From NCBI GenBank assembly GCA_035512695.1, contig DATKDL010000027.1, positions 21,357 to 85,356 of the forward strand: 64,000 bases of DNA, given 5' to 3'. Source of the stretch: Anaerolineales bacterium. Its GTDB lineage: Bacteria > Chloroflexota > Anaerolineae > Anaerolineales > JABWBV01. The notes below the pieces were generated by a model, which saw nothing but the letters and a program-made list of their open reading frames with translations, did no database searches and was not told the DNA's origin. Shown here piece by piece: positions 35,096 through 43,466 of this stretch. The position numbers were made by a program, and so were the translations under genes. Position 1 is the first letter of the stretch; the number at the start of each line of letters is the position of its first letter.

Positions 35096-35311
35096 ATGGA
35101 ATCAAACGATAACTGGAAATCCCGTACGATCCTGCTTGGCCTGGTCATCGGGGCCGTGGCGGGTTTGGGCGCTGCGTATATGCTCGTCCAGCAGGCCGAG
35201 AAAGATGGCCGGGCGCCTGAGATGAGTCCGGGTGAAGGCGTAAAGCTTGGTCTTCTGGTCCTCGGCGCGCTTCGCCAAATCGCACAACTTGGAGAAGGGC
35301 GCGGCGGGTAA
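35096..35311 (+). CDS. Small membrane protein (71 aa, hypothetical)
   Basis: SD AGGAGAAAAGG. One TM helix (ILLGLVIGAVAGLGAAYML) followed by an amphipathic tail. Confidence 0.55.
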   Translation: MESNDNWKSRTILLGLVIGAVAGLGAAYMLVQQAEKDGRAPEMSPGEGVKLGLLVLGALRQIAQLGEGRGG

Positions 35312-35324
35312 GCGTTAACTTTCA

Positions 35325-35747
35325 TCATCCGCCGGCCGATAGGATCCGGTAATCGTCCTCGATCGCTGCGGCTTTTCCCAGCATTGCGGAAGCCGGGCAG
35401 TACCGCTCCCTGGACAGCTCGATGGCACGCTCGACGTCGGCGGGATCGATTTCGTTTCCGGTGACCAGGTAATGGATCACGATCTTTGTGAAAACGTGGG
35501 GATGCTCATCGGCCTGTTCCACGTCCACCGTCACTTCGAAACCGGTCACATCCTGCCGTTTCTTCTGGAGAATGGAAATCACATCCATCGCCGTGCATCC
35601 GGCCAGGCCGATCCCGATCAGTTCCAACGGACGAAAACCCCCGCCCGCTTCCCCGCCGGATTGGCTGCTGCCGAGCTTGACTTCAAAACCCGATCGGGCC
35701 GTCCCCGTAAAAGAGAGCCCCTCGTGCCAGGTCACTCCTGCGTACAT
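35325..35747 (-). CDS. OsmC/Ohr-family peroxiredoxin-like protein
   Basis: PLELIGIGLAGCTAMDVISILQKKR and C-terminal YCPASAML carry the two conserved Cys residues of OsmC. Confidence 0.85.
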   Translation of the reverse strand: MYAGVTWHEGLSFTGTARSGFEVKLGSSQSGGEAGGGFRPLELIGIGLAGCTAMDVISILQKKRQDVTGFEVTVDVEQADEHPHVFTKIVIHYLVTGNEIDPADVERAIELSRERYCPASAMLGKAAAIEDDYRILSAGG

Positions 35748-36005
35748 GTTCTCTGCACCTCGTAAGGATCAGCGAATTCGCGCAGGGCTGCAGCGACGCC
35801 GCAGCCCTGACTGGATTCGCCGCCCCAATTCGCGGATATTTTGAATTCCGGCACCCCGCCCCCGCGCCGGCATTTTTCTCAAACGGATGAGAATCATGGA
35901 ATTATACCGGCTCGTACGGTCTCGGGGACCCGTTTCGCCGGACCCGTCCCGGATCGGCCACCATCCCGATGCGGGGCAATCCCGCCTTTCATCCTCCCGC
36001 TCGGC

Positions 36006-36033
36006 TTGACAGGACTCCGAATTCAAGGATAAT
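36006..36033 (+). promoter_or_regulatory. Sigma-70-type promoter of the pheST leader
   Basis: TTGACA (36006-11), 16-nt spacer, GATAAT (36028-33). Confidence 0.6.
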
Positions 36034-36039
36034 AAAGAA

Positions 36040-36362
36040 GCTGTTCACAATCGACTCACCACCACCAAAGGCTGAGAACGAGGAAAGTAGGATCGTGAAG
36101 CCGTCAGGGAGGCAGGGGCCTGGACTGGAACCCCCGCCCGGCAGAAACGGTTTGAAGTTCCCTCGGGAGCCGTCCGAGTGAACGGCGGTGGGGCATGCCG
36201 CTCCACCGCAAGTAGCCCGGTCCGCGATCCCCGCGTTATCGAAGGGAAGCCGATCGCCGGAACATCCGGCCGCCGGTCCGAGCGGGCTGCGCTGCGCAGC
36301 CAAGAAGGGTGGTACCACGGGTGCTTTCGATCCCGTCCCTTTGATTGGGACGGGTTTTTTGT
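36040..36362 (+). promoter_or_regulatory. T-box riboswitch leader (Phe, specifier UUC) with terminator
   Basis: Stem I 5' element GCUGAGAACGAGGAAAGUAGG. AG-bulge-like CGUGAAG. Specifier context UGAAG-UUC(36158-60)-C-CUCGGGAGC. F-box-like CCGCGUUAUC. T-box sequence AAGAAGGGUGGUACCACGGG (36302-21). Terminator CCCGTCCC-tttgatt-GGGACGGG followed by T8. Confidence 0.85.
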
Positions 36363-36373
36363 TTAAAGATGGT

Positions 36374-36418
36374 CCGCACATGGGGTCCGGCCGCCGGGGG
36401 GCCGGACCCCATGTGCGG
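36374..36418 (+). other. Extra perfect 19-bp hairpin between the T-box terminator and the pheS start
   Basis: CCGCACATGGGGTCCGGCC-gccgggg-GGCCGGACCCCATGTGCGG, with no U-tract after it. Confidence 0.8.
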
Positions 36419-36443
36419 AAATCGTTTCTTCAAGAGGTGACCG

Positions 36444-37520
36444 ATGCTGGAAGATCTCGACAAAATCAAACAGACCGCTCTCGCCGCCCTGGCGGAGGCC
36501 GGTTCCGAAGCGGCGCTTGAAGAATGGCGCGTCCGCTTTCTCGGCCGAAAATCGCCGGTCATGGACGTCTTCTCCGCGCTCCGCTCGCTCTCTCCGGAGG
36601 AGCGGCCGGCCGTCGGACAGCGCGCCAACGAGGTCCGCACCGCCCTCGAAGCTGGCCTGGCCGAACGCCTGGAGACCGTGCGAACCGCTGCGCTGCGGAC
36701 CTCCCTGCAGCGCGACCGGCTGGACGTGACGCTCCCCGGCCGCCCACTGGCGCGCGGCCGCCTCCACCCGGTCACGCAGACCATGCGCAGGATTTTTTCC
36801 GTCTTCGCCGAGATGGGATTCCAGATCTACCGGTCCAGGGACGTCGAGACCGACGAGATGAACTTCCAACTGCTCAATTTTCAGCTGCACCACCCGGCGC
36901 GGGAGATGCAGGATTCATTCTACGTCGACTCCGGCCCGGCCGGCGCGGACAACCCGGTCCTGCTGCGGACCCACACCTCCCCCGGGCAGATCCGCTCGAT
37001 GCGTGAGAACTCCGGTTACAGCGGCGCAGGACCGCTCCCGACGGACCCGCCGCCGGTCCGGATCATCCTGCCGGGGATGTGCTACCGGTTCGAGCAGATC
37101 ACGACCCGCGCAAACGTGCAGTTCACCCAGGTCGAGGGCCTGGCCGTTGGGAAGCGGATCACCTTTGGGGATCTGAAAGGGACGCTGTCCGATTTCGCCC
37201 GCCGGATGTTTGGTGAAAACGTCCGGACGCGCTTCCGCGCCTCCCATTTCCCGTTCACCGAACCGAGCGCCGAAATGGATATCGAATGCTTCGTCTGCGG
37301 CGGGGCGGGCTGCAGCGTCTGCAAACACGCCGGCTGGCTGGAGATCCTCGGTTCGGGGATGGTCCACCCCGTCGTCCTGCGCAACGGCGGGTACGATCCC
37401 GAGGTCTACACCGGGTTCGCATTCGGGATGGGTCCCGAGCGGATCACGATGCTGCGCCACCGGATCGACGATATCCGGTATTTCTGGGATAACGATATGC
37501 GGTTTCTCGAGCAATTCTAA
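36444..37520 (+). CDS. pheS: Phenylalanine--tRNA ligase alpha subunit
   Basis: A full-length class II aaRS core (FRASHFPFTEPSAEMDI, GSGMVHP, GFAFGMGPERI) downstream of the Phe T-box. Confidence 0.97.
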   Translation: MLEDLDKIKQTALAALAEAGSEAALEEWRVRFLGRKSPVMDVFSALRSLSPEERPAVGQRANEVRTALEAGLAERLETVRTAALRTSLQRDRLDVTLPGRPLARGRLHPVTQTMRRIFSVFAEMGFQIYRSRDVETDEMNFQLLNFQLHHPAREMQDSFYVDSGPAGADNPVLLRTHTSPGQIRSMRENSGYSGAGPLPTDPPPVRIILPGMCYRFEQITTRANVQFTQVEGLAVGKRITFGDLKGTLSDFARRMFGENVRTRFRASHFPFTEPSAEMDIECFVCGGAGCSVCKHAGWLEILGSGMVHPVVLRNGGYDPEVYTGFAFGMGPERITMLRHRIDDIRYFWDNDMRFLEQF

Positions 37521-37538
37521 TCCCGAACTTTTGAGGAC

Positions 37539-37590
37539 GGGCGATTTGGGGCCTGTAGCGGCGGAGCCGCTACCCGCCCCCCAATCGCCC
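37539..37590 (+). other. Nested hairpin in the pheS-pheT intercistronic spacer
   Basis: GGGCGATT..GTAGCGGC-gga-GCCGCTAC..AATCGCCC. SD GAGGAG and ATG 37615 follow. Confidence 0.6.
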
Positions 37591-37614
37591 AGCATCTGAA
37601 AATGAGGAGCGAAT

Positions 37615-40161
37615 ATGAAAGTCCCGCTTTCATGGCTGAAAGACTTCGTCGACATCACCCTCCCCATCGATGATCTCGCCCAGCGCCTCACCGGCGCCGG
37701 GCTGGAGGTCGAGGCGATCCATTTCATCGGGCTGCCCCCGCCAGAGACCACCCGGGTCGAGTACAAGATCAGCGGGTTCGAATGGGACCGCACAAAGATC
37801 GTCGTCGGGGCGGTGCTCGAAGTCCTGCCGCATCCGGACGCCGACCGGCTGGTGCTCTGCCGCCTCGACGACGGCGTACAGGTCCACACCGTCCTGACCG
37901 GCGCGGCGAACCTGTTCGAGTTCAAAGGCGCCGGCCCGCTGGAGACCCCGCTCAAGGTCTGCTACGCCCGCGAAGGCGCCGCGATCATCGACGCCTACCT
38001 GCCCGGCGACAACCTCACCACGCTCAAGCGGAAGAAGATCCGCGGCGTCGAATCCTACTCGATGGCCTGCTCGGAGCGCGAGCTGGGGATCTCCCCGGAG
38101 CACGAAGGCATCATCCTGCTCGATCCGGACGCCCCGGTCGGGACGCCGCTGCAGGACTACCTGGGCGACGCCGTCCTCGACATCGCCATCACGCCCAACA
38201 TCGCACGCAACGCCAACGTGGCCGGGATCGCCCGCGAGATCGCAGCGCTGACGGGCGCGCCGTTCAGGGCGCCGGCCGACCCGGATCCGTGGGCCTCGGA
38301 TGCCCCCTCGATAGAAGGGCTGGTTTCGCTGCAGATCACCGAGCCGGAGGTCAACCCGCGCTTCGTGCTCGGGCTGATCGAGGGGATCGCGATCGGACCT
38401 TCACCATACCTCGTCCAATACCGGCTGCGTTTGGCCGGCCAACGGCCGATCAACAACGTCGTCGACGCCACTAATTACGCCATGCTCGAACTTGGCGAGC
38501 CGCTGCACGCCTTCGACTACGACATCCTGCTCGCCCGGGCGGAACAGGCCGGCGCCGAAGCGCCGGTCATCATCACCCGCCGCGCCGAACCGGGGGAAAA
38601 ACTGCAGACGCTGGATGGTGAGATCCGGACCCTGGACGACTTCACCGTCCTGGTCTGCGACCAGTCCGGCTCGCTGGCCCTCGCGGGCGTGATGGGCGGG
38701 CTCGAATCGGAAGTCACCGGGGCGACGACCCGGATCCTGCTGGAAGGCGCTTCGTGGAATATGATCAACACCCGGCGGACCCAGGTCTCCCAGAAGCTTC
38801 ATTCCGAGGCCGGCTACCGCTTCTCGCGCGGCGTTCATCCGTCGCTGGCGCCGGCCGGCGTCCGGCGCGGGTTGATGTTGATGGCGGACTGGGCCGGTGG
38901 GCGCGTGGCCAAAGGGTTGGTGGACGAATACCCGCAGCCGCCCGGTACGCCGGTCGTCGAACTGACCCCGGCCGACGTCGACCGCTGGCTGGGGCTCAAG
39001 CTGGGAACCGAAGAGATCGTCCGCATTCTGACCGCGCTCGAATTCGACTGCCGGGTCCTTGACGGTGGCGCCATCCGCCTGCAGCCGCCCGATTTTCGGT
39101 TGGATATCGGGACCGGGGTGATCGGGGTGGCCGATGTGATCGAGGAGATCGCCCGCATCTACGGCTACGATCGCATCCCGGAAACGCGGATGTCCGACGA
39201 GTTGCCTCCCCAGCGAGGCGTCCCCGCACTGGATCTGGAAGAGCGCGTCCGGAACCTGCTCGTCACCGCCGGCTTCCAGGAGATCATCACCTACCGGATG
39301 ACGACCCCGGAAGCCGAGAACCGCCGGCTCTCCCCCGGCACGCCCCCGGCGGACCGCCCGTACGTCGGGCTGCTCAACCCGATCAACCGGGAACGGACGG
39401 TGATGCGCCAGAGCCTGTTGGCCTCTGCCCTCGAGACGGTTGAACGCAACGCCCGCCTGCAGGACCGGCTGGCCGTGTTCGAGATCGGCGAGGTCTTCTA
39501 CGGATCGGAGGAAGGCGCCCTGCCCGAAGAGCACACCCGGCTCGCCCTCGCGCTGGGCGGCCGCCGGGACCTGCCGGCCTGGCAGGGAGGCGACGATGGG
39601 CAGATGGATTTTTACGATCTGAAAGGCGTGGTCGCCGAACTGCTGGATGGGTTGCACATCGAGGTCGTCTACGAGCCGGGAGACCATCCCGTCTTCCACC
39701 CGGGTAAATGCGCCCACGTCACGCACGGCGAGACCAGGCTGGGGACGATCGGCGAACTGCACCCGGAAACCGCAGCCCGCTACGACTTCGACGGCAAAAA
39801 GGTCCTGGCGGGGACCTTCAGCATGGAAGCCCTGCTCTCCATCCGGCCGGACCGGTACGAAACCCTCCCCGTCCCGACTTACCCGCCCGTGATCGAGGAC
39901 CTGGCGCTGATCGTCCCCGACAACGTCCCGGCGGAGGCGGTCGACGGCTTGATCCGGCAGACCGGGGGGAGCCTGGTCACGGATGTGACTCTCTTCGATC
40001 TTTATCGCGGCGCCCAGATCGAGCCCGGAAAGAAAAGCCTGGCCTACCGCATCACCTACCAGGCTCCGGACAGGACCCTGACGGACGAGGAAGTCGAAAA
40101 GATGCGCAGGAAGATTGTGGGGCGGTTGGAGCGGGAGGTGGGGGCGCGGCTGAGAGGATAA
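37615..40161 (+). CDS. pheT: Phenylalanine--tRNA ligase beta subunit
   Basis: MKVPLSWLKDFVD... N-terminus, followed by tRNA-binding, B3/4, B5 and FDX-ACB regions (848 aa). Confidence 0.97.
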   Translation: MKVPLSWLKDFVDITLPIDDLAQRLTGAGLEVEAIHFIGLPPPETTRVEYKISGFEWDRTKIVVGAVLEVLPHPDADRLVLCRLDDGVQVHTVLTGAANLFEFKGAGPLETPLKVCYAREGAAIIDAYLPGDNLTTLKRKKIRGVESYSMACSERELGISPEHEGIILLDPDAPVGTPLQDYLGDAVLDIAITPNIARNANVAGIAREIAALTGAPFRAPADPDPWASDAPSIEGLVSLQITEPEVNPRFVLGLIEGIAIGPSPYLVQYRLRLAGQRPINNVVDATNYAMLELGEPLHAFDYDILLARAEQAGAEAPVIITRRAEPGEKLQTLDGEIRTLDDFTVLVCDQSGSLALAGVMGGLESEVTGATTRILLEGASWNMINTRRTQVSQKLHSEAGYRFSRGVHPSLAPAGVRRGLMLMADWAGGRVAKGLVDEYPQPPGTPVVELTPADVDRWLGLKLGTEEIVRILTALEFDCRVLDGGAIRLQPPDFRLDIGTGVIGVADVIEEIARIYGYDRIPETRMSDELPPQRGVPALDLEERVRNLLVTAGFQEIITYRMTTPEAENRRLSPGTPPADRPYVGLLNPINRERTVMRQSLLASALETVERNARLQDRLAVFEIGEVFYGSEEGALPEEHTRLALALGGRRDLPAWQGGDDGQMDFYDLKGVVAELLDGLHIEVVYEPGDHPVFHPGKCAHVTHGETRLGTIGELHPETAARYDFDGKKVLAGTFSMEALLSIRPDRYETLPVPTYPPVIEDLALIVPDNVPAEAVDGLIRQTGGSLVTDVTLFDLYRGAQIEPGKKSLAYRITYQAPDRTLTDEEVEKMRRKIVGRLEREVGARLRG

Positions 40162-40253
40162 GGGCGAATGAGCGAATGAGCGGATGGGCGAATGGTGCTG
40201 GTGACGACCCTTTGCGTCGCCACCGGCGCCCATTCGCCCATTCACTCAATCGC
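40162..40253. repeat. GGCGAATG-type tandem-unit palindrome between convergent pheT and the YitJ-like gene
   Basis: GGGCGAATGAGCGAATGAGCGGATGGGCGAATGGTGCTGGTGACG-accctttg-CGTCGCCACCGGCGCCCATTCGCCCATTCACTCAATCGC. There is no U-tract on either side. Confidence 0.8.
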
Positions 40254-40262
40254 TGAGTCGCT

Positions 40263-42128
40263 TCACGTTGCCTCGACGATCTCCGCCGCCACGTCATAGC
40301 GGCGGAACGGGGGGATGAGATACACTCCGGCGGCCCACGGCCGGACGGCCTCGATCAGCTCCCCGGCGATCCGGATCCCCTCCTGCCGCTTGTCCGCCGC
40401 GTTCTCCATCCTTTTAAGGATCCCCTCGGGGATGTGGACCCCCGGCAGCTCGTTGTGCAGAAATGTGGCATGCCGTTCGTTGAAAAGCGGCAGGATCCCG
40501 ACGATCAGGGGCAGTTCCAGCCTCCCGACCTCGTCTTCGTAGCGGCGGACGAATTCCTCCGCCTGGGCAGGCTCGAAGACCGGCTGGGTCAGGGCGAAAT
40601 CGGCCCCGCTTTCCACTTTGCGCCGGAGCGTCTTGATCTCTCGACCGGAGTCGCGCGGGGTCAGGTCCAATGCACAGCCGGCGAAAAAGGAGGTCGGTTT
40701 TCCGATCTCGGCCCCGGCGTAGTCGATGCCCAGGTTGAAGTTTTGTTTGATGAGCTTCACTACGCCGGAGGGGACGACGTCGTAGTCGTCCATCGCATCC
40801 GGATAGTCTCCGATAGCGGTCGGGTCGCCCATCACGACGAAGATGTTGCGCACATCCAGGGCGTGGGCGGCGAGCAGGTCGCCCTGGACACGCAGCAGGT
40901 TGCGGCCGCGGGTGGGGAAGTGCAGGACGGTCTCGAGCCCAAGCCGCCCCTGGACGATGTTGGAGACGGCCCAGGGGCTCATCCGCATGCGGGCCATCGG
41001 GCTGTCGGCGATGTCGACGCAGTCGGCGCCGGCTTCCATCAGCATGGCGGCAGCGGCGAGCAGCTTTTCCATCCCGAGCCCGCGCGGCGGAGAGAGCTCG
41101 ACGGTGCGGACGAAGGTCCCGGAGGCCAGCTTGCGGCTGAGCCCGGTGGGCGCATCGCCTTCGAGGGATGCGCCGTTTTCGGCTTCTACTTCGGCGGGTT
41201 CGGTTTCGGCTTCGAAATGGATGTCGGGGGCGGCCAGGCCCTGCTTCATGGCGGCGATGTGTTGCGGAGTCGTCCCGCAGCAGCCCCCGATCAGCCGCGC
41301 CCCGGCTTGCCGGAAAGCTTGCGCATAGTCAGCGAAATATGCCGGCCCAGCGGGATACAGGATCCGCCCGCCGACCTGCTCCGGCAGACCGGCGTTCGGC
41401 TTGACCAGGAAGTGCGCCTCCGGGACCGCCGCCCGCATCCGCCTCAGGATGCGCAGCATCTGCGCCGGGCCCCCGGAGCAGTTGATCCCGATCACGTCGA
41501 CTCCCTCATTTTGCAATGTCCGCGCGATCTCCTCCGGTGAATTGCCGAGCACGGTCCGGTCGTCGCGGGTGAACGTCATCGAAGCGACGACACCGGTTCC
41601 CGGTGCGACTTCCCGGGCAGCCCGCACCCCCTCGATGATCTCGTACAGGTCCGTGAAGGTCTCGAAAAGCAGAAAATCGACCCCGGCGCCCGCCAGCGCT
41701 TCGACCTGCTCGGTGAACGCCTCGCGCGCCTGCTCGAGCTGCACCCGGCCAAACGGCGCCAGCCGGACGCCCAGCGGACCGATGTCCCCGACCAGGTGCA
41801 CCTCACGGAAAGACGCCAGGATGACCCGGCGGGCCAGTTCGACCCCGGCTCGGTTGATCTCGTCGACCCGGTCTTCCAACCCATGCCGGGCCAGCCGGTA
41901 GCGGTTCGCTCCGAAGGTATTAGTGAGCAGCGAGCCGGCGCCGGCGTCCAGGTACGCCCGGTGCACCTCGGCGACGACGGCCGGCCGGGTGAGATTGAGT
42001 TCGTCGAAACATTCGTCAAACCCGACTCCGCGTTCGTGCAGCATCGTCCCCATCGCGCCGTCCATCAGCAGGGGTCTGTCTGCCGCAAGCAGGGCGGACA
42101 GGGCGGTCTTCTCGGCGGTTTCGCTCAT
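40263..42128 (-). CDS. Bifunctional homocysteine S-methyltransferase / 5,10-methylenetetrahydrofolate reductase (YitJ-like)
   Basis: N-terminal Hcy-binding (S-methyl_trans) domain (LLMDGAMGT..., GGCCGTTPQHI). C-terminal ~300 aa are MTHFR-like (HFPTRGRN...LTQPVF). Confidence 0.8.
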   Translation of the reverse strand: MSETAEKTALSALLAADRPLLMDGAMGTMLHERGVGFDECFDELNLTRPAVVAEVHRAYLDAGAGSLLTNTFGANRYRLARHGLEDRVDEINRAGVELARRVILASFREVHLVGDIGPLGVRLAPFGRVQLEQAREAFTEQVEALAGAGVDFLLFETFTDLYEIIEGVRAAREVAPGTGVVASMTFTRDDRTVLGNSPEEIARTLQNEGVDVIGINCSGGPAQMLRILRRMRAAVPEAHFLVKPNAGLPEQVGGRILYPAGPAYFADYAQAFRQAGARLIGGCCGTTPQHIAAMKQGLAAPDIHFEAETEPAEVEAENGASLEGDAPTGLSRKLASGTFVRTVELSPPRGLGMEKLLAAAAMLMEAGADCVDIADSPMARMRMSPWAVSNIVQGRLGLETVLHFPTRGRNLLRVQGDLLAAHALDVRNIFVVMGDPTAIGDYPDAMDDYDVVPSGVVKLIKQNFNLGIDYAGAEIGKPTSFFAGCALDLTPRDSGREIKTLRRKVESGADFALTQPVFEPAQAEEFVRRYEDEVGRLELPLIVGILPLFNERHATFLHNELPGVHIPEGILKRMENAADKRQEGIRIAGELIEAVRPWAAGVYLIPPFRRYDVAAEIVEAT

Positions 42129-43093
42129 CGGTCGCGAATATGCCGCCGTTCGCGGCGGGCTTTCGGCGCATCAGGCTCAGCGCCAGGCTCGGCCCGGACC
42201 CGCTCGACCGGTGCGACCTCGAGCGCCTCCGCCATGGCCCGGATGTGATCGACCGAGTTCCCGCAGCAGCCGCCGACGATCGTGGCGCCCAGGTTCCGCA
42301 CCCGGACAGCGTAGCGGGCCATCTCCGCCGGCGACGCGGCGTAGTGGGCCTGCCCGTCTTTGAGCACCGGCATCCCGGCGTTGGACTTGGCGACCAGCGG
42401 GACGTCCAGCCCGACGGCATACATGGCGGCGATCACACTTTCGATCTCACCCGGACCGTTCCCGCAGTTGCCGCCCATGGCGATCGGCTCGTACTCCCGG
42501 ATCGCCTCCAGCGCCTGGACCGGGCTGACGCCCATCATCGTGTGGCCGTTCGTATCGAAGGTCATCGTGATCACCAGCGGCAGTTCGCTGACCGAACGGG
42601 CGCCTTCCGCGGCGGCGCGCACCTCTTTGAGATCGCTCATCGTCTCGATCCACAAAACGTCGACGCCTCCCTCGTCCAGCGCGGCGGCCTGTTCGGCGAA
42701 ACCGGCGCGTGCGTCATCCGGGTGCAGGTCGCCGAGCGGCTGGATGATCTCCCCGCTGGGTCCCATCGATCCGGCGACGACGACGAGCTGCTCCGCCACA
42801 CCGGCCTCCAGGCGCGCCAGCCTGGCAGCGGCGACGTTGATCTCCCGGACGCGGTCATCCAGCTTGTGGAGCTTGAGCCGAAAGCGGGTGCCGCCGAAGG
42901 TGTTGGTCAGGATGATCTGCGACCCGGCCCGGATGAAGTTCCGGTGCATCTTCCGGATCTTGTCCGGCTCCGTCAGGTTCCAGCTTTCCGGCGGATCTCC
43001 CTGGACCAGTCCCCAACCCATCAGGGTCGTCCCGGTTGCCCCATCCGTCAGGATGTATTCGTGGGTGCTGAGCAGTTTCTCGAGCGGATTCAT
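42125..43093 (-). CDS. Homocysteine S-methyltransferase-domain protein (stand-alone MetH N-terminal-like domain)
   Basis: ILTDGATGTTLM, NTFGGT and GGCCGNSVDHIRAM (zinc-ligand Cys pair). 4-nt overlap with the downstream gene. SD AGGGAG. Confidence 0.8.
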   Translation of the reverse strand: MNPLEKLLSTHEYILTDGATGTTLMGWGLVQGDPPESWNLTEPDKIRKMHRNFIRAGSQIILTNTFGGTRFRLKLHKLDDRVREINVAAARLARLEAGVAEQLVVVAGSMGPSGEIIQPLGDLHPDDARAGFAEQAAALDEGGVDVLWIETMSDLKEVRAAAEGARSVSELPLVITMTFDTNGHTMMGVSPVQALEAIREYEPIAMGGNCGNGPGEIESVIAAMYAVGLDVPLVAKSNAGMPVLKDGQAHYAASPAEMARYAVRVRNLGATIVGGCCGNSVDHIRAMAEALEVAPVERVRAEPGAEPDAPKARRERRHIRDR

Positions 43094-43105
43094 GCGATGC
43101 TCCCT

Positions 43106-43331
43106 AAATAAAAACGCCTCCCGGATGAGAGGCGATTCAAAAGCGGATGATCCAATCTCTCATCTTCCAGGCTCACGCGGCGCGCGGCCTGCCGGAATTG
43201 GCACCTTGAAGGCGGTGCCAGGTTCCAGGTGCAAAGTGCCATGAATTTGGCACTTTGCACCTGGAACCTGGTACCGCTGTTCTGGTTGCCGAGGCTTCAA
43301 CGGGCCGTTCCCTCAGCCTCTCTGGATGAGT
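43106..43331 (-). promoter_or_regulatory. SAM-I (S-box) riboswitch with terminator; P3 expanded to a 29-bp hairpin
   Basis: Minus sense reads CUCAUCcAGAgAGGCuGAGGGAAcGGCCCguUGAAGCCucGGCAACC...(67-nt hairpin)...AGGUGCcAAUUCC-P4-AGAUGAG. Terminator CGCCUC-ucauccgg-GAGGCG followed by UUUUUAUUU. Confidence 0.9.
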
Positions 43332-43391
43332 TCCAGTGTTAAATTGTTAAGCCCGAGTTTACCATAAAACGGTCCCCGGTCGTGAGCGTGG

Positions 43392-43459
43392 TCGAAAAAG
43401 GGTGTGAGCGGTTGGCCGGGGGGAACTTCTCCCGGCCAACCGCTCACACCCATTTTCGA
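43392..43459. terminator. Long palindrome (21 + 7 bp) after the SQR-like gene
   Basis: TCGAAAA.GGGTGTGAGCGGTTGGCCGGG-gggaacttct-CCCGGCCAACCGCTCACACCC.TTTTCGA. Confidence 0.7.
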
Positions 43460-43466
43460 CGCAAAC

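Noticed and set aside
35841-36032. 63-aa ORF in the osmC / T-box spacer
   Set aside because: It has no SD, it is P/R-rich, and it overlaps the pheST promoter. It is most likely non-coding.
36076-36095. GAGGAAAGT motif reminiscent of the RNase P RNA 5' end
   Set aside because: The other universally conserved RNase P segments are absent. The region ends in a canonical T-box sequence plus terminator and fits T-box stem I.
38401-40245. 614-aa minus-strand ORF opposite pheT
   Set aside because: This is an antisense shadow. It also runs through the octamer repeat at 40162-40253.
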